From: a virus
Taxonomy: Duplodnaviria; Caudoviricetes
IMG/VR virus record: IMGVR_UViG_3300028580_000125
Coordinates: 1 to 64,000 of that record
Strand: one strand, 5' to 3'
DNA length: 64,000 bases
Shown here: piece after piece, positions 16,804 to 25,483 of the stretch
How positions within the stretch are numbered: position 1 is the first letter of the stretch
Layout of the letters: each line of letters begins with the position of its first letter
The notes under the pieces: model-generated
What the model was told of the DNA's origin: nothing
Database searches by the model: none
The model's input: the letters and a program-made list of their open reading frames with translations, nothing else
Translations under genes and position numbers: made by a program

Positions 16804-17243
16804 GCGATTGGTACGACACCTATCAGGCCCACGCCTCTTCCGACTGGGCCCCAACACAACTCAGCCCAGAAGACGAGCAAAAATTCCGCTCATGGATCGC
16901 CGGAACGAAGTGGTTTGCAGACGTTGCTGACGATGTTGCCGCCTCGGGCGAACAGTTGAGCAATGCAGATTTGCTTGAAGACATGATCGGGCCTCATGCC
17001 GATTACGACTACCGCGGCGCATGGAAGGCCGGCATATCTCCGCAGGCCTATGAGTACGACACGCGCCAGCACTGGCCCTCGGCCACCGAAGACGGGCAAA
17101 TGCTCAAAAGCCCGCAACACCCCACCGCTTGGATGGAATATTTCATGCGCGAAACCGGCGAAGACCCAAACTCGCTTGGTCTGCGCAACCCTGACGAGGC
17201 GCGCGAGTACACACGCAGCGCCCGCAGAAAGGAGGCAAAATAG
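16800..17243 (+). CDS. Hypothetical phage protein (TQLSPEDEQKF / DYDYRGAWKAG / HWPS / KSPQHPT domain)
   Basis: Start overlaps the upstream stop; conserved-looking aromatic and His motifs. Confidence 0.6.
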   Translation: MSDWYDTYQAHASSDWAPTQLSPEDEQKFRSWIAGTKWFADVADDVAASGEQLSNADLLEDMIGPHADYDYRGAWKAGISPQAYEYDTRQHWPSATEDGQMLKSPQHPTAWMEYFMRETGEDPNSLGLRNPDEAREYTRSARRKEAK

Positions 17244-17245
17244 CT

Positions 17246-17602
17246 ATGGACATGGACCCGAGAACAAAGGCCAAGCACATGCAGGCCGTGCGGACAATGG
17301 TGCATCTGCTGGAAGGACACATAAGCCAGCTGCCAAAAGGCAAGAGCTACCTCGATGTCGTCCTTGACGGGGCGAAGTCGGCAACGATCTTGGGCATTGA
17401 GAAGGTCAGCGTCGAAGAACGCGCAAGGGCCACGGCTGAGGCAGTTGCCCGCCTGGTGCCCAGGAAGGTTTTGAATCCCGTCTCGCCCGCGCACGCACCC
17501 CAGCCAGCCGTGGTTGGCCGTGGCATTGCCGCGCTATTTGAGCGTGTACCGCCTACCAAGCCCTGCGGCATAGAACTCAGCTGCCCGCGAGGCGACCAAT
17601 GA
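17246..17602 (+). CDS. Hypothetical protein
   Basis: GGAGG RBS; stop overlaps the MTase start. Confidence 0.5.
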   Translation: MDMDPRTKAKHMQAVRTMVHLLEGHISQLPKGKSYLDVVLDGAKSATILGIEKVSVEERARATAEAVARLVPRKVLNPVSPAHAPQPAVVGRGIAALFERVPPTKPCGIELSCPRGDQ

Positions 17603-19467
17603 CCGGGCTCGTTGTCGATCTTTTTGCCGGTGGTGGCGGAGCTTCTGAAGGTCTCGCCCAAGCCTTGGGACGCGACCCTGACATTGCAATCAATCATGAC
17701 CCAGAAGCATTGGCCATGCACAAGGTTAACCACCCAGGCACGCGGCACATGCTCAATGACATAACCAGAGTATTGCCCCTGGAAGCCACAGGCGGCCAAT
17801 CCGTCGCAATTCTGCATGCCTCGCCGGACTGCACCCATTTCAGTAAGGCCAAGGGCGCCAAGCCCAGATCGCAGTTTATCCGCGATTTAGCGTGGACCGT
17901 TGTTCGTTGGGCAGAAGACACGCGGCCGCATTTGATCACTCTGGAAAATGTCGAAGAATTCATGACCTGGGGGCCGCTTGATCGAAATGGATATCCCATT
18001 AAGGAACATGCAGGCGACACATTTAGGGCGTGGGTCAAACGACTGAAACGACTCGGCTACAAGATTTCCTGGCGTTTACTGCGCGCGTGCGACTATGGCG
18101 CTCCGACCACGCGCCGTAGGCTATTTGTGGTGGCTCGTTTGGATGGCAAATCTCCGTCATGGCCAAAGCCAACCCACGGAGCGCCTGGCTCACCATCTGT
18201 TTTATCTGGAAGGCTTAAACCTTGGCGTACAGCAGCCGAGTGCATTGACTGGTCGATTCAGAGCCAAAGTATTTTTGGTCGAAAAAAACCGCTGGCAATC
18301 AACACGCAGAGGCGAATTGCGGAAGGGATACGCCGCTACGTTTTGGGCAGTACAGAGCCGTTTATTGTTTGCTGCAATCATGCTGGAAATTTCAGGGGTC
18401 AATCTCTATCCGACCCGCTGGCCACTGTGACAAGGAAGCTTGGCTTTGGGGTTGTGTCGCCAGTTATTTCAGGATGCGTTATTAACCCCAATCATGTGGC
18501 CAGAGACTACACCCCATTCAGGGGCCATAACATCCAAGAGCCGCTGCGATCCATCACAAAATCACCAGGGTTCGCTCTGGCCACGGCTCACGCTGCCCCC
18601 TTCATCCAGCATGTCCAGCATAGCAAGGCTCCTGGCGGCGTTATGCCTGCCGATGAACCTCTGCGTACCATAACGGCCCAGCCAAAAGGCGGCGGGCTGG
18701 CGGTGGTGTCTGCCGCATGCGTGGCCAAGCACTATGGCGGTGTTGTCGGTCACGGACTGCGCCAACCTCTCGGAACGGTGACAACCGTTGACCATCACAG
18801 TCTGGTGACTGCCAACATGATCAAAATGCGCGGGCTTAATGTTGGCAGCCCCGCAGACGAGCCGTTGCGCACCATATCCGCGCAGGGGCAGCATCACGCC
18901 CTCGTTACGGCCTGCATCAACAAGCATTTCGGAAGCAGTATCGGCCAAGATATTCACGATCCGCTTCATACCGTTGTTGGAAAGGCCAAGCATTCTCTCA
19001 CTTCATGCCTGATCAAATACTATGGCACGGCCCTCGCCGCGCCCATGTCTGACCCCATGCACACGATTACGGCCAAAGCCCGCATGGGGCTGGTGTCTGC
19101 GGAAACGGATTCCGAGCCTGGCCGTTACGAACAGGTGTGCGCGTGGTTGCGCGAGTGGGGCGTGATCGGGCCGGATGATGAAGCCGAGATCACTTACAAC
19201 GGCATTGTTTATCGGCTGACTGACATCTGCATGAGAATGCTGGCCCCGCGCGAACTCTACACCGCTCAAGGCTTCGGCCAAGATTATCAAATTTCCCCAG
19301 ATATCAACGGCAAACCGCTGTCAAAAACTGCCCAGGTGCGTATGTGCGGCAATTCTGTTCCCCCGCAGTTCGTTGCTGCCCTGGTAGGGGCCAATGGACC
19401 GCAAACATGGGTAGAGGAAAAGCAGCCTGACATGCCTTTGTTTAAAGCGTGCGCCGTCGCTGTGTAG
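17599..19467 (+). CDS. C5-cytosine DNA methyltransferase (orphan, phage type)
   Basis: DLFAGGGG (motif I), SPDCTHFS (IV), LENVEEF (VI), PTTRRRLF (VIII), CGNSVPP (X). Confidence 0.93.
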   Translation: MTGLVVDLFAGGGGASEGLAQALGRDPDIAINHDPEALAMHKVNHPGTRHMLNDITRVLPLEATGGQSVAILHASPDCTHFSKAKGAKPRSQFIRDLAWTVVRWAEDTRPHLITLENVEEFMTWGPLDRNGYPIKEHAGDTFRAWVKRLKRLGYKISWRLLRACDYGAPTTRRRLFVVARLDGKSPSWPKPTHGAPGSPSVLSGRLKPWRTAAECIDWSIQSQSIFGRKKPLAINTQRRIAEGIRRYVLGSTEPFIVCCNHAGNFRGQSLSDPLATVTRKLGFGVVSPVISGCVINPNHVARDYTPFRGHNIQEPLRSITKSPGFALATAHAAPFIQHVQHSKAPGGVMPADEPLRTITAQPKGGGLAVVSAACVAKHYGGVVGHGLRQPLGTVTTVDHHSLVTANMIKMRGLNVGSPADEPLRTISAQGQHHALVTACINKHFGSSIGQDIHDPLHTVVGKAKHSLTSCLIKYYGTALAAPMSDPMHTITAKARMGLVSAETDSEPGRYEQVCAWLREWGVIGPDDEAEITYNGIVYRLTDICMRMLAPRELYTAQGFGQDYQISPDINGKPLSKTAQVRMCGNSVPPQFVAALVGANGPQTWVEEKQPDMPLFKACAVAV

Positions 19468-19481
19468 CGGAAGGAGATTTC

Positions 19482-19751
19482 ATGGACATCACAAGATTCA
19501 ATCCTCGCAACGTCGTCCGCGCAATAACTCTTTGCCGCCCGTATGTCGTCGCATACTGCGTCAAGGACCGCGACGGATGGCTTGTGCAGTATCCAGACAA
19601 GGCCGAGCCGGAACTGATGGAGAAAAAGGCGTTTGAGCGCAAGTTTTGCCTTGAGCACGCCTGCCCTCCCAAAGTTAAGGAACTCTTCGACGGGGTTTCC
19701 TCATTCAACCAGTGGCGGCAGAGACGCGGGGGGCAGTCATGGAATGGCTGA
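19482..19751 (+). CDS. Hypothetical protein
   Basis: AAGGAG RBS; packed in the operon. Confidence 0.55.
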   Translation: MDITRFNPRNVVRAITLCRPYVVAYCVKDRDGWLVQYPDKAEPELMEKKAFERKFCLEHACPPKVKELFDGVSSFNQWRQRRGGQSWNG

Positions 19752-20773
19752 AATGGTTTGTAGGGGCCACCACAGATCCAAAATTCGCTGTGATTGCACG
19801 GCGATCTAAGCAAAACATGGCGTCTGTCATTGCAGTATGGGCCATGCTTCTTGAGCGCGCCGGGCAGGCTGATGAACGCGGAGAAGTTGAAGGCTTCGAC
19901 TGCGAAGGCGCCGACATCGTGCTTGGCCTTGAGGACGGGGCTGCCTGCTCTATCTTGCAGGCCATGCAGGACAAAGGGCTCATAGCCAATGGATGCATCA
20001 CCAACTGGGACAAGCGCCAGCGCCGTGAAGAGCCTGAGGCTGTCAAAGAACGGAAGCGCCTGCAGCGTGAACGGGAAAAGCTCGCCGCTGAAATGGCCGC
20101 CATTGAAAAAGCCAGGGCTGAACTGAATGAAAAGTCACACAATGTCACGCCGCGTCACGCTACGTCACAGGATGTCACGAATGTCACGCATAAGAGGAGA
20201 GGAGAAGAGATAGAAGAACAAGAGGGGGGGGATAACGCGCGCGAAGTGCCTGCTGTGTTGGAAGCAAACCAAGATGATCCTTCCCCGGCTCAGGGCGTTC
20301 CCAAGCGCACAGATTGTCCAAGCAAAGGCAATCCGCAGTGGGCAGCCTTTTCTTCCTGCTGGCAGGTCTATCCTGTGCAGCAGGGCAAAGAAGCTGCGTG
20401 GTGCGAATGGATGCGCCTGCACGGCAACGGGACGCTTGCAGATTCCTACGCAATTCGTGACGCAATCCTCCTGCTGACTCAAGAAGACAGTCGTTGGCTG
20501 CGAGGTAAAGTGCCCAATATGGCCAAGTGGCTTAACGCTAAGGGCTGGGATGATCAGCCTTTCAAGGAGCCAGCGGCCTCACCGGGAACAACGCCAAGGG
20601 ATGGGCCACCTGTGGCTAGAACACAGGCACAGCGTAACAAGCAGAACCTGGAAGGACTCGCGGCGTTTGCGAATGCCGCCGGAAGGAGGATCGCAGATCA
20701 TGGCTACGGAACAAATAGTCGCATTGGAATTGAGCACGATGGCGGTTCTTTACCGGCACCCTCTGGACGCTGA
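19739..20773 (+). CDS. Phage replication initiator protein
   Basis: WLKWFVGATTDPKF...ITNWDKRQ N-domain; FSSCWQVYP...K..AW..W and MAKWLNAKGWDD C-domain; internal iteron-like repeats. Confidence 0.8.
   Translation: MEWLKWFVGATTDPKFAVIARRSKQNMASVIAVWAMLLERAGQADERGEVEGFDCEGADIVLGLEDGAACSILQAMQDKGLIANGCITNWDKRQRREEPEAVKERKRLQREREKLAAEMAAIEKARAELNEKSHNVTPRHATSQDVTNVTHKRRGEEIEEQEGGDNAREVPAVLEANQDDPSPAQGVPKRTDCPSKGNPQWAAFSSCWQVYPVQQGKEAAWCEWMRLHGNGTLADSYAIRDAILLLTQEDSRWLRGKVPNMAKWLNAKGWDDQPFKEPAASPGTTPRDGPPVARTQAQRNKQNLEGLAAFANAAGRRIADHGYGTNSRIGIEHDGGSLPAPSGR
20134..20187 (+). repeat. Six GTCAC iteron-like repeats (putative phage replication origin)
   Basis: GTCAC at 20134, 20144, 20154, 20164, 20174 and 20183, followed by a purine-rich tract. 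Confidence 0.7.
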
Positions 20774-21074
20774 GTACGAGCTCCCATTGCTGGTCGAAAA
20801 GTGGACGGATCTGTGTGCTGATATACCCGATGAGGATTTTTCCGCTGCCTGTAAGCTGTATCAGCAGAAGGAAAAGTTTTTCCCCTGCCCTGCAAACATC
20901 ATCAGCGTGTACGAGGCCAGCAGGCCAGCGCAATCCATGGCCGCACTTCCTGAACCGCCAGAAGACAAAACGCCCGGTCTGGGGATGTTGGTTGTCGCCG
21001 CCATTCGTGGAGACCGCGCGGCGCAGGAAGAACTTGGGGTTATCCGGCACAAGTGCGGGAGGAATATGCAATGA
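20700..21074 (+). CDS. Putative helicase loader/inhibitor (lambda P / G39P-like)
   Basis: AGGAGG RBS; W...D...F..AC......KFFPCPANI pattern; follows the initiator. Confidence 0.6.
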   Translation: MATEQIVALELSTMAVLYRHPLDAEYELPLLVEKWTDLCADIPDEDFSAACKLYQQKEKFFPCPANIISVYEASRPAQSMAALPEPPEDKTPGLGMLVVAAIRGDRAAQEELGVIRHKCGRNMQ

Positions 21075-21616
21075 AATTCGTCATCCCCATCAAGCCCACC
21101 GCCCAGATGCGAACAGCCGTCGGCGCTATCAAGCTCGGCAACGGCAAGGTGCGCGGCAATGCCCACAAGAAGAAGGAGCAGGTAAGCAACGAGGAGACCA
21201 TCAAGGCGTTCTTGGCCCAGCATAAGCCAGAACGCCAGATAAACTGCGCAGTCATGCTTGGAGTTAAAGTTTTTCTCCAGGTGCAAAAGACTGCGCCGGA
21301 TTGGTTCAATGGCAGCACCAAAGAATTTCACGCAGCGGCGTTAAAGCACATTGTTCGACCCATCACCAAGCCCGACGCTGATAACTTTTTGAAGCAAATT
21401 CAAGATTGCATAACCCAGATGGAGATCTGGCGGGACGACTCCCTCGTTGTGGGCTACCTCAGCGGAACGGGCAAATACTACACCGACGGCACGCCACGTT
21501 GGGAGATTGAGATTCAGGAATTGAGCCCTGACAGCTATTGCATCCCCGGCACGAAGGCCAAAGTCTCCCGCAAGAAATCGGCCAGCACACCAGGCCAGGG
21601 AGCTTTGCTATGCTGA
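21071..21616 (+). CDS. rusA: RusA-family Holliday junction resolvase
   Basis: PITKPDADNFLKQIQDCIT...WRDDSLVV. Confidence 0.88.
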   Translation: MKFVIPIKPTAQMRTAVGAIKLGNGKVRGNAHKKKEQVSNEETIKAFLAQHKPERQINCAVMLGVKVFLQVQKTAPDWFNGSTKEFHAAALKHIVRPITKPDADNFLKQIQDCITQMEIWRDDSLVVGYLSGTGKYYTDGTPRWEIEIQELSPDSYCIPGTKAKVSRKKSASTPGQGALLC

Positions 21617-21864
21617 AAGATTTTATCATCCCTGCATTCTTTGGCTTCTGTATCCTCGTGGCCCTCACGTTTGCCGCCGAGCTTTGCACTGCCCCTGGAA
21701 CGACTTCCGATGAAGACCTGGCCGCAAGGATTGCCCTCATTGACGCAAGGCTTCCCAGCTTGCGCTCAGACGTCCTCATTCAGCGCCAGGAGCGTGCGTT
21801 TCTGACTGCGCAGCGCAGGTGGATTGTTGAGCTCATGGAGGCGCAAAATGACCGCAGAAACTGA
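21610..21864 (+). CDS. Hypothetical membrane-anchored protein
   Basis: N-terminal hydrophobic helix followed by a coiled coil. Confidence 0.5.
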   Translation: MLKDFIIPAFFGFCILVALTFAAELCTAPGTTSDEDLAARIALIDARLPSLRSDVLIQRQERAFLTAQRRWIVELMEAQNDRRN

Positions 21865-22147
21865 GCGCATGCCATGGCTCACAATCAGGTTGATTTTTGG
21901 CAACGGCAATGCCGCCCAGGGGCGCAAGTGCATTGAGGCTATAGCTCGCAGGTTGATCCATGCCCGCACAAAGCACCCGGCCAGTGAATGGGCAGGCAGG
22001 GGTGAGGAATATGGGCTTGAAGCCATCGAAGGCGAGGTAAAAGAACTACGGTTTGCTGTACTTCTTGAGGGCCCAGAGCGCGTTGAAGACGAAACGCTTG
22101 ATGTCCTAGCAACTGGCGTACGCAAATTTAACCGCGAGGAAGCATGA
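21848..22147 (+). CDS. Hypothetical protein (possible MazG-like helical fold)
   Basis: GGAGG RBS; AIEGEVKEL...EDETLDVLAT acidic pattern. Confidence 0.5.
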   Translation: MTAETERMPWLTIRLIFGNGNAAQGRKCIEAIARRLIHARTKHPASEWAGRGEEYGLEAIEGEVKELRFAVLLEGPERVEDETLDVLATGVRKFNREEA

Positions 22148-22287
22148 TGAGTCCTAAAAATTGGGCAAAATTCTGCCTCGTCGTAATCTGCGTACTATGC
22201 GCGTTCGGCTTGATGATGGCCGGAAAAGACGGATGGGGATGGCTGCTTTTTGTAACCATCCTGATTAGCGGGGATCGACATGACTGA
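22144..22287 (+). CDS. Small membrane protein (47 aa, GKDGWGWLLF)
   Basis: Translated by hand: MMSPKNWAKFCLVVICVLCAFGLMMAGKDGWGWLLFVTILISGDRHD; GAGG RBS; overlaps both neighbours. Confidence 0.55.
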   Translation: MMSPKNWAKFCLVVICVLCAFGLMMAGKDGWGWLLFVTILISGDRHD

Positions 22288-22444
22288 AGCTGACGACAAA
22301 ATGATCGGCCAGGGCGTCGGCTTTGAACGCACCCGCCGCATCACCGGCTACCTTGTGGGGAGCGTTGACCGCTTTAACAATGCCAAGCGCGCTGAAGAGC
22401 GTGACCGCGTAAAACATGGGCTTGGAGGGTATGACCATGGCTAG
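22280..22444 (+). CDS. Stand-alone NrdD C-terminal glycyl-radical-domain-like peptide (54 aa)
   Basis: Translated by hand: MTEADDKMIGQGVGFERTRRITGYLVGSVDRFNNAKRAEERDRVKHGLGGYDHG. RITGYL and FNNAK.AE..DRVKH match the class III RNR C-terminus. Confidence 0.8.
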   Translation: MTEADDKMIGQGVGFERTRRITGYLVGSVDRFNNAKRAEERDRVKHGLGGYDHG

Positions 22445-23000
22445 ACTGTCTGAAGACCAGTGGCAGGCAGCCAGGGCCGAATATGAGGTGCGCGGCATCA
22501 GCCTCGGTGACGTGGCAAAGAAGTTTGGCGTCAACGTCAGCAGCGTGTCCCGGCGTGCAAAGTCTGAGGGCTGGGTTCAGGGGCAAATGCAAGAGCTCGC
22601 CAACCGAAAAGTTGCGGCAGTCAAAGAAATGGCCGCCGTAGAAATGCAAACGCAAGAGTTACCCTTGCGCACAAGGCACACCTTGCAAACCGTCGTGCAG
22701 GAGCGGTTGCAGGCTGAGGGAATGCTGGCGTCGCTGGATATTGCTCTGGCAGACCGGGCGATTGCCCTCGCCATGGAGGCAACGAGCCCAGACGATATTG
22801 AAACGCTCTCCCGCGCGCGTAAGAACCTTGCACCCTCTGTGCATGCTCCTGCCCCACAGACGACTGTCACTGTCACCCAGCAGACTGAGGCCAAGGCAGG
22901 TGCAGCTGCTGATGCAGTTGCGGCACCCGTTGCTGCCCCCACGCCCGACCGAGTTGTGCGCGCGGTGCTGGCCGGTGATCTTTCAGGGGATGATGACTGA
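22437..23000 (+). CDS. terS: Terminase small subunit (putative)
   Basis: N-terminal HTH (W..ARAEYE...SLGDVAKKFGV..SSVSRRAKSEGW); directly upstream of TerL. Confidence 0.75.
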   Translation: MARLSEDQWQAARAEYEVRGISLGDVAKKFGVNVSSVSRRAKSEGWVQGQMQELANRKVAAVKEMAAVEMQTQELPLRTRHTLQTVVQERLQAEGMLASLDIALADRAIALAMEATSPDDIETLSRARKNLAPSVHAPAPQTTVTVTQQTEAKAGAAADAVAAPVAAPTPDRVVRAVLAGDLSGDDD

Positions 23001-24469
23001 TGCTGTTTGCCAAGGCGTCAGAGTCCGAACTAGCCGCCATACGGCAGGCCTGCGAAGCTGATTTGCTGACATTCACAGCGGTCATGTTTCAGGCGCGCAT
23101 GTGCCAGCCGTTTTTGGTCAACTGGCATCATGCCAAAATGGCTGACGAGTTGATGGCTGTGTACCGCGGCGAAACAAAAAACCTGCTGATTACCATGCCC
23201 CCAGGCGGCACCAAGACAGAGTTGGCCGTAATCCATTTCATGGCGTGGTGCTTCGCGCGTAGCCAAAGCTGCCGATTCCTGCACCTCTCTGGCTCAAAGG
23301 AATTGGCCCTACTCAACTCCGAAACCGTGCGCGAAATTGTCACGCTTGAAGAGTTTCAGGCGCTGTGGCCACGCCAGATTAAGAACGACAGTAGAGCCAA
23401 GAACCGTTGGAACCTTGAGTTTATGAACCGTACAACCGGCGGCCTGTATGCTGCCAGTTCCGGCGGCCAGGTGACGGGCTTCCGCGCCGGTTACATCCGG
23501 CCAGGGTTCAGCGGCGCAATCATAATCGACGATCCACTCAAGGCTGACGACATCTGGAGCAAGGCCAAGCGCCAAGCCGTTAACCGCAAGCTGACAGGTA
23601 CTATCCGCAGCCGCCGAGCCAGTTCAGAGCATACACCCATCATCATGGTCATGCAGCGCCTGCATGAGGATGACCCGGCAGCCCATGCCCTTTCAGGGGA
23701 TTTTGCAGCAGAGTTTAAGCACCTTGAAATTCAAGCGATCATTGACGAAGGGACTGAAAACGAACGCAGCTATTGGCAAGAAAAAGAAAGCCTTGAGTCC
23801 CTTAATGACCTGAAACAGAAGGACCCCTACACACTGAGCGCGCAGTATCAGCAGCGCCCCACCCCTGCCGGTGGCGCCATGATCAAGACATCGTGGCTGC
23901 AGCAATACTCCACGCCGCCAGCTGTGCACACCGTCCTGTATGTTTTGGATACCGCTTTGAAAGCCGCAGAGACCAACGACTTCTCAGTAATGAGCTTTTG
24001 GGGGCTGAATGGAATCAACGTCTATCTGCTCGACGTTCTGCGCGGCAAATGGGAGGTGCCAGACCTTGAGCCGTTAGCCATCAAATTTCTGGAAAGCCAC
24101 AGGCCCAAAGGGTTTAATCGCGCAAGGATTCGTGGGGCAGTTATCGAAGACAAGGCCAGCGGAACGGGTCTGATTCAAGGCCTGAGGCGCAAAACAGCAC
24201 TGCGCGACATCCCGATCATTGCGAAGCAACGCAGCACGGACAAGGTAAGCAGGGTAAACAACGTCCTGTCCTTCATTCGCGCAGGGCAACTATGGGTTCC
24301 AGAAACTGCCGAACATGCACCATGGCTGCCTGCATACCTTGGTGAGCTTGCCGCATTTTCGCCAGCAATGACCCACCAGAACGATGACCAAGTTGACGTA
24401 ACCGTTGATGCCCTTGACGAACTGCTTCAGTCAGGTGGTGGAGTCAGCGAAGGCATGGACCTTTCGTAG
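23000..24469 (+). CDS. terL: Terminase large subunit
   Basis: LLITMPPGGTKTE (Walker A variant), IIIDDPLK (Walker B), VMQRLHEDD, DTA..., IEDKASG, NDDQVD nuclease motif. Confidence 0.93.
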   Translation: MLFAKASESELAAIRQACEADLLTFTAVMFQARMCQPFLVNWHHAKMADELMAVYRGETKNLLITMPPGGTKTELAVIHFMAWCFARSQSCRFLHLSGSKELALLNSETVREIVTLEEFQALWPRQIKNDSRAKNRWNLEFMNRTTGGLYAASSGGQVTGFRAGYIRPGFSGAIIIDDPLKADDIWSKAKRQAVNRKLTGTIRSRRASSEHTPIIMVMQRLHEDDPAAHALSGDFAAEFKHLEIQAIIDEGTENERSYWQEKESLESLNDLKQKDPYTLSAQYQQRPTPAGGAMIKTSWLQQYSTPPAVHTVLYVLDTALKAAETNDFSVMSFWGLNGINVYLLDVLRGKWEVPDLEPLAIKFLESHRPKGFNRARIRGAVIEDKASGTGLIQGLRRKTALRDIPIIAKQRSTDKVSRVNNVLSFIRAGQLWVPETAEHAPWLPAYLGELAAFSPAMTHQNDDQVDVTVDALDELLQSGGGVSEGMDLS

Positions 24470-24481
24470 GAGAATGCACAC

Positions 24482-25144
24482 ATGGCAAGACTTAGAAGCC
24501 TCATAGACGCAGTGACACGAGAGCGGTACGTCCGAGACGCAGCAACTGGCATTGCATACAGAAGGACAGCAGGAAGCCTTGTGTGGCCATCTGGGGAACG
24601 GAACGGATGTGTTGCCGTGCTGGCAGAAACACGGTCACGCCAGAACATCCTCGGCGGCCGGCACGACGTCCACCTTCTTGCTGAGGAATGCAGTGCAGAC
24701 GTGAGCAAGCTCATATCTGCCGTAGAAAAATTCACCATGCTGCTCATGGTTCGCTCGTGGGCGACCCCACTCTCCGACACGCGAGCCTTCATGCTCGACG
24801 ACACCAATGATGACCGTCGCAAGGTGCGCCTACCTATCATACGCTTTGACGATCCTCAGGGCTGGCACGGAAAGGGAGAGGGGCTTATGGCCTTTTACCA
24901 CGCCCTTGTGCAGCGCCGCACGCTCTCCGAGAAGACTCTCTTCCTGGGGAAGAACTGTGAAGGCAGGAATAACATAGAGAAAATGCAGGCAGAGGACATG
25001 ACGTGCAAGCCCACTGACTTTCCTGCTGCTGCCGCGTTGTGTTTTGCCCTGGCAGAGATTGACCTGAACCCCATGACCGATTGGGCTGATCGCGGAAACG
25101 TGTCGTCATATGGCGGCCCTGCCGATCTCATCGGGGGATATTAA
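24482..25144 (+). CDS. Hypothetical phage protein
   Basis: AGGAG RBS; 220-aa ORF in the operon. Confidence 0.6.
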   Translation: MARLRSLIDAVTRERYVRDAATGIAYRRTAGSLVWPSGERNGCVAVLAETRSRQNILGGRHDVHLLAEECSADVSKLISAVEKFTMLLMVRSWATPLSDTRAFMLDDTNDDRRKVRLPIIRFDDPQGWHGKGEGLMAFYHALVQRRTLSEKTLFLGKNCEGRNNIEKMQAEDMTCKPTDFPAAAALCFALAEIDLNPMTDWADRGNVSSYGGPADLIGGY

Positions 25145-25146
25145 GC

Positions 25147-25374
25147 ATGGTGCTCGCCTACATACCTGTGCCGCTGAATTCCATGACCGACATCCGTAAG
25201 CACCTGAGTGTAGGCGAGGCAAGGGTCAAGGAATGGGTTGACGCCGGTGCACCAATCGCCGTTGAAGGGGACGGTGCAAACGCTCGCTACTCGTCGGAAT
25301 TGGCAGCACTTCTCATGTGGAGGGCTGAATACAGTAAATTCATACGGTTACAAAAAACATCACAAAACGGCTAA
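25147..25374 (+). CDS. Small HTH DNA-binding protein (MerR/Nu1-like), possible late regulator
   Basis: IRKHLSVGEARVKEWVDAGAPI pattern; sits before a repeat array and the lysis/structural operon. Confidence 0.55.
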   Translation: MVLAYIPVPLNSMTDIRKHLSVGEARVKEWVDAGAPIAVEGDGANARYSSELAALLMWRAEYSKFIRLQKTSQNG

Positions 25375-25384
25375 AACCTGTCAA

Positions 25385-25432
25385 CCCCCAAATACGCCCC
25401 CCAATACCCCCCCATACGCCCCCCATACGCCC
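25385..25432 (+). repeat. C-rich tandem repeat (C5-7 tracts alternating with ATAC, four units)
   Basis: ATAC at 25392, 25404, 25414 and 25425, separated by C tracts; intergenic, upstream of the endolysin. Confidence 0.8.
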
Positions 25433-25483
25433 ACTCGGGCATAAAAGGCCATGCTACGCTTCCACGCAAACAGGAGCGTAGTC

